DNA from: a virus
Virus record (IMG/VR): IMGVR_UViG_3300009415_000002
Coordinates: 195-64,194 of that record
DNA length: 64,000 nucleotides
Strand: one strand, 5' to 3'
A model generated the notes under the pieces. That model had not been told where the DNA came from. It worked only from the letters and a program-made list of their open reading frames with translations, and did no database searches. Made by a program: the position numbers and the translations under genes. This document shows positions 35,220 through 47,200 of the stretch, in pieces. Each line of letters starts with the position of its first letter. Within the stretch, counting starts at the first letter, position 1.

Positions 35220-38200
35220 CACATCAGTATAAATTGTCCCATCCATACTGGGTTCTACGTCTTGAGCTTCTTGTAAGTCAGCTAGATGAGCAAAGTTATC
35301 TGGATTGTAAGTAGAATCAGTCATAACCCAGTAATCACTTATTTCACTATTAGTACCGTCAGTCTCAGCAGCAATCTCTTCATAAGCTGCTTGTTGATTT
35401 CTTTGACGAGATATTCTCTCTGCTACACTAGCACTTAAGTTAGCTACAGGAGCAAAAGAGTCTAGTATATTCTTAACTCCTCCGTTTTGCATTCTAGCTG
35501 CCGTTTTCATAAACACTCCACTAATTAAAGTAGAACTAACAGCAGATATAATAGAGGCCCCTATATTACCAGCAAGCTGTTTACCTGCAGCGTATTTCTC
35601 CATGCCCATAGCACTTAAAGATGGATGAGCTTTCATACCCAAAACATTTCTTTCTATTTTCTGATTAATCCAAGGAGTAGCTACAGCATTAAAACTAGTA
35701 GATACTACTTCTTGAACAGCCATCTCCGCCACAGCCATGCCTATATTATCATCACCATGCCTAGCTAAAGCATTTTTAAATTTGAATACTCCTGTTAGAG
35801 CTTTAGCACCTGATACTTTTCTCTTATAAGCATTGGGATTAGGATCATCAATTGAACCTGCTCTAGCGTATTGAAAAGCTGTTACAGTAGCTCCACCTAA
35901 AGCTTGAAGCTGGTTATCATCAACATTACCTTCTGATATCATTCCACCAACACCAGTTAAAAGAATAGGAACTAAAACATCTAGTCCAGTAGAAACCTTG
36001 TTTTTAGACATAGCTCTAAGACCTGCATCTCCTACTTTATTTAGTACAGATCCTTTCTTAGTAACATCACTCATGTCCATATACATCTCTCTTGCCATCT
36101 TTTGTTGTCTGATGACCTGTTGATTTCTACGAGCAGCCTGATACTGAATATTGTCCTTAACCATCTTTTTACCTTCCATAGTGATTTGTTCATCACCAGG
36201 TAAAAAGTCTCTAAGAATTTTATCTACTTCCTCATCGTTATTAAATGCATACTCATATAAAGCTTCTCTACCCATCATCTCAGCACTAGCAGCTTGTTGA
36301 CCAGTAAGACTTCGTTCATTCATTTCTACAAAAGCATCTAATATATCATTCTCTACTCTTATTAATTTACCACTACCTTTGTACTCACTAGAATCCTTAA
36401 CTACTGTAAGAGACTCATCAGCTTCTTGATAAACAAATCTTTCATCAGCCTCGTCTATCATACGAGCATTAAACCCTTTCCAATCTTTAGTCTCATCAGA
36501 AGTAGCCCTACTCCATAGTTGACCTTTATCTTCTGTACCAACTAAGTTTTTATAAACTACTTTTTTAAGAATATAGTCTTGTTCTACTTTATCAGCAGTA
36601 GTAAAATCTTTACCGTCTACGCTAAGAACTTCTTTATTAGCATTAACAAGCTCACTAAGAACACCTCTGTACATTGCACTAAAGATTCCCATACCTTGTG
36701 CACCTAACTTCTGCTGAGAAGCAAGTTGAGCCATTGTAGTCATTAACTCAGAACCAGCCATGTCTCTAATATTATGAGACCCTTCTTCTCCTGGCATATT
36801 ACCAGTCTCTTGTGCATTAGCTACATTCTTCCTCATAAGTTCAGTAAGAGTAAAGTTTTCCATTCTTTCTCCATCTTTACCAAACAAAGGATCAATTTGT
36901 TGTCTTGTAGTTTCGTATACAGAATCAAACTGTAGTAAGTAGGTTTCAACACTTACTCCTTGCTTTCTTGCAACGTCAGTCAATTCTTTTTGATACTCAG
37001 AAGTTAATACTCCTTTGTCATCATAAGCACTATCTAAATCTAGCTTCAAATGCTGAGCTAAGGCTGATTTCTGATCTAAGTGAATATCAAATTTATCCCC
37101 TTCTATATTAAGATTAGACAAGTATTTTTTATTTAAATACTCTAACATCTCATGATCTTCAGACATAGGTTGCCCATTCTCAAATCTGTTAACTAAAGCA
37201 ACTTTAGAAACTTTGTGAATCTGTTTGTTCTGACTAGCAAGTTTTAGTTTTTGAGAAGCAGCAAAACTAGTCATAATTTCAGAACTTTGTTTATTAGAGT
37301 TATCCATATGATATGAAGTAACCATTGAAGCTACGTTTCTAGCAGTTTGATATCTAGCCACTGCCATTAGAGAATGACTATCAGCCGATATATCATCACG
37401 ACTACCAATAGATTTATAGTTAGGATCTCTAGCAGCTAACTTAGCATTAATCTGTCTAAACTCATAACTATTACCAACCTCTTTTCCTCCCAGGAATCTA
37501 GATTCATAATCCATTAAGTTCATGCCTTTGTTAGTAGATTGATTAATTAAATAATCCATATCCATAAGAGACTTAAGACCAGGTCCTGGACCTAGTTGAG
37601 AAGCCATACCATCAATAACGCTATCTCTTTGACGTTTAAGATCTTCATACTCAGCTCTATCTTTTTTACTTAAGTCAGCTATATCCCCAGATTCAAAAGC
37701 AGCAATCTGAGAAGACTTCTCGTTATATACTTTTGAGTTTTCCTGTAGAGAGCTCATCATATCTCCATCAGTTTTTAATTTGATGCTATCTCTTAATAAC
37801 TGGTGGATATTCTTCATAAAGCTTTGGGTACCTTCAGCATTACTAACAGCTTGTCTAGTGGTTTCTTGATATTGATTAAACTGTTCAGCATATATTTCTT
37901 TTGCTGCTTGAGCTTGAGTCACACCAGTTTTATTAGCATAATCTACAACTTCATTTCTACGATCTTCAGATAATCTACTTATATCAAAAGAATCTTCATC
38001 TTGGAAATAATGTTTTCTTACTGCTTGATGTAGTTCACTATCAGTGTCCATCATTGCTCTACCACTACTAATAGTAGGAGCATCTTGAAATGTACTACCA
38101 ATAATAGTGTTATAAGTTTTACCTAGGATTTCCCCACCAGCTTTACCCAACGTTTTAAGTACAATATCAAACACTGGCTCAGTCATATCCATACCCACGG

Positions 38201-41200
38201 CTTGACTAGTAAACTTAGATAAAGTATCAGCTTCTTGAGTTTTATTAAATATTTCTCCACCAATCCATTGACCTAAGAAAGCTCTTTGACCTGCTTTACG
38301 TTTCTCATCATCAGAAGCAACATTCTTAAGCATGTCTACATATCTAAGCATGTTATCTTGATCGTTAGCAAAGTTAGATAGTGTTCCAGCGTAAGCTTTA
38401 AGAGTAACAGAGTCTTCTCCTTCTGCTTGTAATGCTCTTAGAAAATCTACTTGGCCCTGTTTTTCAGATCCACTAGATACTTCTGCCTCTAATATTTCTA
38501 ATCTCTTAGATATTTGCTCTCTAACTAAAGCAACATTAGGTTGGGCAGTCTCTCCTTTAGCAGTATTAGTATTAGGATCTAACTTAAGTTTGTGTAAGAA
38601 CTCTATTCCTTCAGCAGGATCAGTGCCTTGGTATCCTAGTAAGGCATCCATAGCAGTATTTACAGCCATCATTTTTCCTGCTTGACCGTATAAGCCTTCT
38701 ATAATATCAGTACCTTGGCCCATTAGAGCATTAAGTTCATCAGCACCCATAGTACGACCACCAAAGCCAGTTATAGCTTTATCTTGATCATCAAATCTTT
38801 CTTCACCAGTAATAGCATCTCTTAACTGTTCTCCTTGTTCAACAAAGAATCTTTCATCCATTCCAAGATAACCAGCAACTTGCTTACGCATTCTTTCTGT
38901 CAAAAGTCTACTACCAGCTGCAGACTGTTCTTGTAGTTTTTGTTGAGCATATTTAAACTTAGCTTCTGCTTGCACTTTCTTTCTTCTAGACTTAGCATAC
39001 TCTTGTTGAAGAGTCTTACCTTCGTCTTCATTAGAAGCCCCCTCTGCAATTTGTTTACTATATGAATTAGATAAAGCGGTTTGTTTATCAACTTCTAATC
39101 TAGCTTCACTCATATACTTTTGGTAATCAGATGCTCGATTCATAACAGTGGTATAAGGGTCACCATCCCAGTCACCACCACCAAAGGTAACAATACCTAG
39201 AGAAGCCATCCAAGACCCTGTTTGACCTCTAGAAATATCGCTAGTCATCTTTGTAGTTTCTATACCTGTTTGACCTACTTGTATCTCACCAGAAAGTTGA
39301 GCCACCCTATTTAAAGCGTGAACTCCTTCCATCAATCTATAAGTATGTAAACGAGGATCTGTACCACCTGGAGTAGGAGAACGAAATACCTCTGCAAGCT
39401 CTAAATTACTTCTATCTAAATCTTCCATCTCCATACGAACATAACTAAAGAGATCTTCGTAATCTCCTATATTCATATGCTTTTCATTAAGATCCAATTT
39501 AAGACTTTCTAGCCTTTGAATAATAGTTTTAGTTCTTGTTTCATATTCACTATGAGCTGCTGTAATACGAGACTCTTGCTCTGAATCTGTTTTGACTTGA
39601 GTAGTGCCATCTTTGTTCTTGAGTTTAGATTGAGACTCTCTAGTCATAGAGAACTTTTTCATATCCTCCATTCTATTCTTATACATTTGAATAGTTTCGT
39701 TAATTTGCTTTTCCGCAAACTTCTTCTGGACTGCATCTCGACTACCTGAAGAACCAGACTTATTAAATGCTTCCCCTATTTCTTTAATAGCATTAACAAC
39801 ACTCTTTGTAGGATCTTCATAATCTGAAGTACCAGCAGCTTTAGTCTTACCTGTAAATAATGTATGTTCAGCTAACTGAGTACTTGTTTTACCAAGACCT
39901 TCAAAGATAGTTCCATCATTCATTATCATTCCTACTTCCTTAAAGCGAGCAACTTTTCTATTAAGATATCCTACTTGCTCACTACTTAAATGTTGTCTAG
40001 CAGGATTAATACTAGATAGCTCAATACGAGCCAACATAGCATCGTAGTTCATTACAGTAGCATGATATATAAATGCATTAGCAGGATCTAATCTGTTCTT
40101 TATACCTTCTTTATCAAAGTAGTTTATTCTCTCTGCTGCTTCGTTTCTAAGTTTTAGTATAGAGCTTTTTAAAGTATCATAACCTTTACGTCTATCATCT
40201 TGAGACAGTCCTTTAGCACTTTCATAAGCAACTACTCTCTCAGTAATATTAAGAGATTGTCTCTTTATCTGTTTAAACTCATCTCTATGTGCAGCATCAA
40301 TACCTTCTCTAAGAGCAGAAGCTTGTCTTCTGTAGAACTGACGAATCTTTCTAACATCGGTTAAATCATCATCTCTAATAACTTCACCATTTAAAAACTC
40401 TGTTTTATCTCTAGTGCGACGATTATCATATACAGTTTGAGCCATTTGAGAACCATCTACTTCCATAGCTACTTCTCTAGTGACTACTTTATATGTATCA
40501 GAATACTCAGTAGCTTCAGATATTGTATTAGTTTTTATTACAGTTCTATTAATTTCTCTTTCTCGACCTACAGTAGCTATATAAGCCTTAGTAGTATCTT
40601 CAACAATATCATCTGTGATAATACTTTTTATCTTAGCTGTCTCACCTGGTTTTCTAGTAGCCTTAGTAGTATCATCTTCTTCATAAAAGAATTCTCTTCT
40701 AGTTTGTTCTTCCTGATATTCAAAGACATCAAAAGCCTCAACTCTGTAATTAAGCTTATGTATTTGTGCCTCTACTTCTCTTATAGTAGAAGTTCTTTCA
40801 CCATCATGTACAACACTCTGTACTCTACGAGTTTTACCTTTAACCTTATTAAGAAGTTGAGACTCTTGATCTTCTGTTATAGCTCCCCTTTCTACAAGAG
40901 CACTTAAAGTTAGATTAGATTTAACATCATTTCTAGCCCAAAAATCAGGAGTATTCTTAGAGATATCTAGTTCTGCATCAGCATACTGTCTTAGTTCTGC
41001 AGAACTATCTACTAAGTATTTCTGCATATTTCTAATGTCTTCTTTATTAGCTGCCATCTCAGGTAAACTAACAAGACTTTCTAATTGATCATAAGCTCTT
41101 TGTAAAGTTGTAACTGTAGTAAATACATTATCACGTTGTACATCTTTACTCATACCAGAAGCACCCGCTACGTAACCTAACTTTCTTAAGTCATGTAACT

Positions 41201-44200
41201 GATAAATAGTATCTTTAACTTCTTTAAGATGCTTACTATTACTATTAGTTTCTACTGCTTTACTTAAAGATGAGAAGCTATTGTATAAACCTGAACCCAT
41301 TTCTATATAGACTCTTTCAACAGCACTGCCGGCATACTTGCGACTGCTTCTCATTGACCTCATATTCTGAGTTGTTTCTTTTAGAAGTGCAGTACGCTCT
41401 TCATAAACTTCTAATCCTAACTCCTGTTGTTTTGATACAGCCATAGCAGCAGAACCAAATGGCATTAAGTTGCTACCAATACCTGTACTTGTAAAACCTT
41501 GATATTTAACTTTACCAGCGTTGGCCTCTTGCATACGAGCACCAGCTACTGCTTTCTCAATTTCTACTTCCATAGTAGCTGCTGCCTCCATTACAGATTG
41601 TAAAGCTTTAGTCTCATCTGTAGTAAGAACAATACTTATACCTGTTTGAGCTCCTGCTCTTACTTTTTCAAAGGCTACGTTAGCTATATTACCTGGAGTA
41701 AAGATTGCAGTTAAAGCTTTATAGTTTTGTACTACGGGATCTACAAAGTCAGCATGCTGTGCACCTAAGTTTCTCATTATCTGAGCACTAGGAATAATAG
41801 TAGACATGCCTTTAGATTTATCTATATGTGCAACTACCTGACCATACTGTTGATCAAAAGAAATACCAGGTAATGTAATATACATACTTTCATTACTCAT
41901 ATTAGCTAAGTATTCTTTTGTATTAGTTTTACCTATTACTTTACTAGCATTTTGTTGATGAGAATCATTCATAGCCATAAGTCCTCTTTCAACATCATCT
42001 AGTTGTTGCATAGCAAACTCACGACCACCTTTTTCAATGATTCTTTGTACATGTCTTTCTCTATCAGTAGAAGTTAAGTACCCATACTTAGCCTTTACAA
42101 AGTTTTCAACCTTAGTACGACCATCATCTGTAATAGAGTTAGCTTTCCACTCATAAGCACCCTCAGTTATATCTTTGTTAATATTTGTGTACATATCAAC
42201 AAAATCCTGGGTATAAACCCCTGTTGTTCCACCTTGGTAAAAACCTAAGAACTTTCTCTTCTCAAAAGAACTAAATAAGTAATTAGATTCTGCTTCTACT
42301 AAGTTGCGGGCTTTTCTTGAACCAAATTGATTAGCGTTTTGAGTTCCATACATAGTTAAACCAGACTTCATATTAGAAGTCATAGCAGCTAAGCTAGCAA
42401 CAGTATGTTTAATCTTACCTAACTGACCTGTCTCTTTATATTGTTTAATATCACCTAGATAAGGAGTTATTAAATGCTGCCCTTCATGTCTAGCTACAGA
42501 TTGAGTACCAGTTGGATCCTTACTATAAGAGAATGTAATATCACTAAAGATAGAAACAGCAGTTATCTGAGTAGAGAGACCTTCAATCATCTGCATTAGC
42601 ATTTCTCTATTTTCATCATCTATATCAGTAGGAGCTCCTAATACATTTAACATTACAGCTCTGTAATCTGGGTTAGATATGTCTATATCTCCAGGTACTC
42701 TCATACTAGAACCACTAGCTGATAATTGATGCATAAAGTCAACAGCAGTAGTAATGATAGTCGCCTGTCTATCCATTTGACTATCAAAGTTAATAGATCC
42801 ATAAGCTGCTGCATTTTTAGCAGTAGGGTCTACCAAGCTTCTAACTGCATGTAGTAATTCATTAGATTGAGAACCATCACCTGCTAATACATTAGACAGC
42901 ATAGTACTAGTAATACCTCTAAGACCACCTACTGATATATCAGAGAATGCTGACTTAGAAGTTAAGCTTTCAAATAACAAATCAGAACTAATTTCAGATC
43001 TTGATCTACCGTACTTATCTTTAGCCATTGCTTTGTCAATACTACCATCCATACCTATTTGTACAGCAAGAGCAGCAGTAAGCTTTTGATAATGTTTTCC
43101 ATACTCACCTTTAGCCAAGCCTTCTATTAAAGCTTGTTGTAATTTACGGGCTTCTGCAGGTTCAGAGTTATAACCAGATATATCTTTTCCTTTTTTTCTA
43201 TCTTCAAAATAACCTTTCATATTCAAAGCTTCACCAGAAGCACTTGTAGTTATAAAACTACCTCCGAACTGAATAAGTAAAGCTCCTGCTACCTTTTTAG
43301 CTGCAGCAATATCCGCTTCACCTTTAGCTCCAAATAACTCATCTAACATAAAGTGAGATTTAGTTCCATCTTCACCAGTTCTTAGTGAGCGCATTATAGT
43401 AGCACCGTGACTCCAGAAGAAAGACTTGAAGTTATTAGAGTTATATAGTCCATGTACTGTAGATGATAAAGGAGTATAACCATAAGTACCGTCTTGGAGT
43501 TTAGTATAATCACTAGCCTCGTTTACAGTAGCTCCTAGTACACCGTCTTTTCTCATATCTAAGTAAGCTTTTAAAGAACCACCAACTTCATTAGCATACA
43601 TTTGCTGCTCTAAGTGCTGGAAAGTATTCATTTCTACTTCTCGTCTTTCACCATCTATGTGAGTCATAAATTTATTACGACCTGCAAAGTTAGCTACACC
43701 TTTAATTAATGCACCACTATCTGTACCTTCAACTCTTCGACCACTTCCTGGCATAACAGAACGTAATCTGTGGAACATTCCTACATATTCGTTGTTATCA
43801 AAATTACCACCTCTATGATAAGCATCCATTAAGTAGTCAATACTTTGTTCTCCACTACGTCTGTAAGTAGCCATTTCTGAAGTACCGAGAGTAGGAGAAC
43901 CAACTGGACTAAATGAGGTATTGTCAACAACATTTTTTATAGTAGACATATTACCTTTATGGTCAGCAACACCTACTATCTTCCAGTCTCCATCAATCTT
44001 TCTCTTTAGAACAGTAGAATTAGTATTAGGATCTTGAACAATTATGTCTCCTCTCTTTTGGAGAACCTCATAACCACCTTCACCAATCATTGAGCCTTTT
44101 ATACTCTGTTGTTGAGTTTCTATATAACCTTCTCTCATTCCTCTTGCCAAGACTCCTTCACCAGGTTCTAACTGCCCAGGTCTTTCTAACACTAAGTCAG

Positions 44201-47200
44201 GGTCATCTATATGCCATTCATTAGCAAGACGTCTATTGTAAGCACCTTTACTTGTGTATACAGAGCCGTATAAAGGGTTAGCAAGGAAAGTATCAGTATA
44301 CGTACCTCCAAGCTGTATAAGAGCCATAGAGTAGCGCATATGATCACTACCAGCTAACATCTTACCTAAGTTTAGATCTAAACTAGCTTTAAGAACTTCT
44401 ACTCTTAACAATTCCTCCTTCATTTCATCAGTAACAGAGTCACCAACAGTATCTTCTATATCTTTTCTAGTACGCATTAAGAAATTCATCTGTTGTTGAT
44501 TCATAACAGATTTAGTATTACCAGAGAACACAGCTCCTAAAGAAGAATGTGAATCAGCAAAAGCGTTTCTAGAGACAGTACCTATATTAGTAACTTGTCT
44601 AGCTAATCTTATAACTTCTATATGATCATCACCTAATATTTTTCTTTTAGCCTCAAGCTCTTTCATAAGAGCTTCTCCACGAGCTTGAAGACCCATTTTT
44701 CCATCACTACCTTTAAGTAGCTTTTCTCTATTTCTCTTAAGGTAATTATCAGTTAGCTGAGACATACTGTCACCAGTAGAATACTCACCATCTAAACTTC
44801 TTTCTGATACAGCTTGTGCAGCTACCCCAAATTGATAAAGAGGTCTAGCACCTAAAGCATTTTTTATACGCTGAGGCAACTGTGATACTTTCTTAGCGTC
44901 TCCAGTGTAAAACTGTAAAGCAGTATCTTGACCTTGGAATGTATTTTTTAATCCCTCTCTATAATGTTGAATTGCAATTTCAGCAGCATCTTTGTTAGTG
45001 ATATTACCTTGGGAATCTCTTCTAAAGAACATTTCCATTTGCTCGTCCTTAAGAAGCATTTGGCCTTCAGCATCTCTTGCAAACTCCCCATTACCATCTT
45101 GAGAGAAATAAGCATTGGCATGTACCATATTACCTATACCAACAGAAGACAGTACACGAAGATTATCTGCTGTACCCATTTGTCTAGCTTCTTGAGCAAA
45201 GAATACAGAGTCTAATGCATCATCATACTTATTCATAGAAGTAGACTTACTAGCGATACTTCTATATAAGACTGCATTAATATCTGTAGTAGGTCTATAA
45301 GCTAAAGGAGTAATACGAGCAAACATTCCTACATTCTTTATAGAACTAATAACTTGCCCATTTTCATCTCGTGGTTGTTCTCCAAATAAATACTGAACAC
45401 TATCTTTATCATTTCTATTACCAGCAAACCCCATCATTACTGTACGGTAGACAGCCTGTTGTCCACCATAAGTTCTTCCCTCTCTACCCTGTAAGAAAGA
45501 ATCAAATAGACTAGCTTGAAACTGTTTAAACCTATTAACTTCTAATGCTTCTCCAGCATTTCCTCTGACGCTATTCATCATGTCTGAAGCTAAAGAAGGA
45601 GATAGTAAAGCTAAGGTTTCTAAATGCTTAGCAACAGAACCATCCATGATTCTTTGTCTTTCTTCATAATCTCCACTAGCAGCCACTCTTCTTAAAGCAC
45701 CTACTAAACCTTCCTGACCTTCTTGACTACCAGAGGCAGCTAGACCAAAGAATGCTTTATGTAATCCTAAAGTAGTATCTATCTCTGAACTACCCAGTTT
45801 CTTCTGACCAAATAGAGACACACTAATATCACCTATTAACTTTTCTGTCTCTAAGTTAAAGGCTTCTTTACCATCTTCTGTTCTACTTACACTGATATTA
45901 GATATGAAGTTTTGCATAGAGCTTACTTTAGCACCAGTTTCAGTGTTCATAGTATCACCATAACCAGTAAGCATCTTGGACATATAACTAGTAGCTATAT
46001 TTCTTCTATCTGTTTGACTAGTAATTGATGCGTACTTAGCTTGTTGAGATTCTACTCCAAAACGACTATCTGCTTCACCTAATATAGTTGCAAATAGTTG
46101 AGGAACTATATCTAGAGCACTCATGTAAGCACTTTGTCCAGACTGAAGATCTACTCTTCCATCTTCCAACCCTGACTTAAAATCATCATCATAATTATTT
46201 CTACCTAGAACACTAATAGCACTTCCACTATTATTAGCAAATATACCATTACCTACTATTTGACTTTTATCTACAAAGTAAACAAATGCACCTGCATCAC
46301 CATCATCAGTACGAGCGTTAAATAGGTTACTACCTCTATTAGGTCCATTAAGTACAGACAACTCAAATTGTAGTTTAGGTAATCTTGAAGTAGATGCTAA
46401 ATATCCTTTTGCTCCTAATGCCTGAGTTAGATCTAAACTTACATTAATAGAAGTAAGACCACTACCACTTGTGTCGCCGTATCTATCAACAATCTTAAAG
46501 GCCGATTCAGACACACCTAAAGTCTTGCGCATTTGCTCTAGTCTATTTTTAAGAATAACTAGTCCACCTGTATTAATATTACGCTGCCATAGAGGTTCAG
46601 TTCTAATAGCATTGTAGTTAGGATTAGTAATCTCGTTATTACCTAGTTGATTCCAAGTAGTGCTTAAATGCTGCATTGCTAGATTTAATTCATACCTTTC
46701 CTCTTCTTGGTCTAAACTAAAATCATTATTAAGAGGAGTAAACTCTGGATCGTTATCCATATAATAAGCATCATATCTTTGAGCCACTCTAGCTTGATGA
46801 GCTGATGCTCTACTTAGACTAGTAGATACATTTCTGTCTCCAAGCATCAATCCTATTTCAGTATTAGTTCTATCACCATCTCCAGGAATATACATAGGCG
46901 TACCCTGTTTTGATGTACCACCTTCTATACCCATAGAATATTGACCCATGTTAGAAGACCCCATGTAGTAAGATACTAATTTAGGATCTACGCCCTTATT
47001 GTTATATTCCATTAATCCAAAGCTCTTAACGTGCTGTCTAGGAGCTTTAGCCATAGTAATATTATCTGAAGCCATACCAATAATTTGCTTCAAATCAGAC
47101 TCACTAAATCCAGCTTCTTTTGTGAAACCTTGTACTCTAAGTAAAGTCATCATCTTACCCATTTGAGTAGAGTAAGAACTATCACTTGTAGAAGTAGACG

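Noticed and set aside
38900-45215. ORFs 38900..39091, 40437..40907, 44964..45215
   Set aside because: Nested in the 4708-aa gene; composition reflects antisense codon bias
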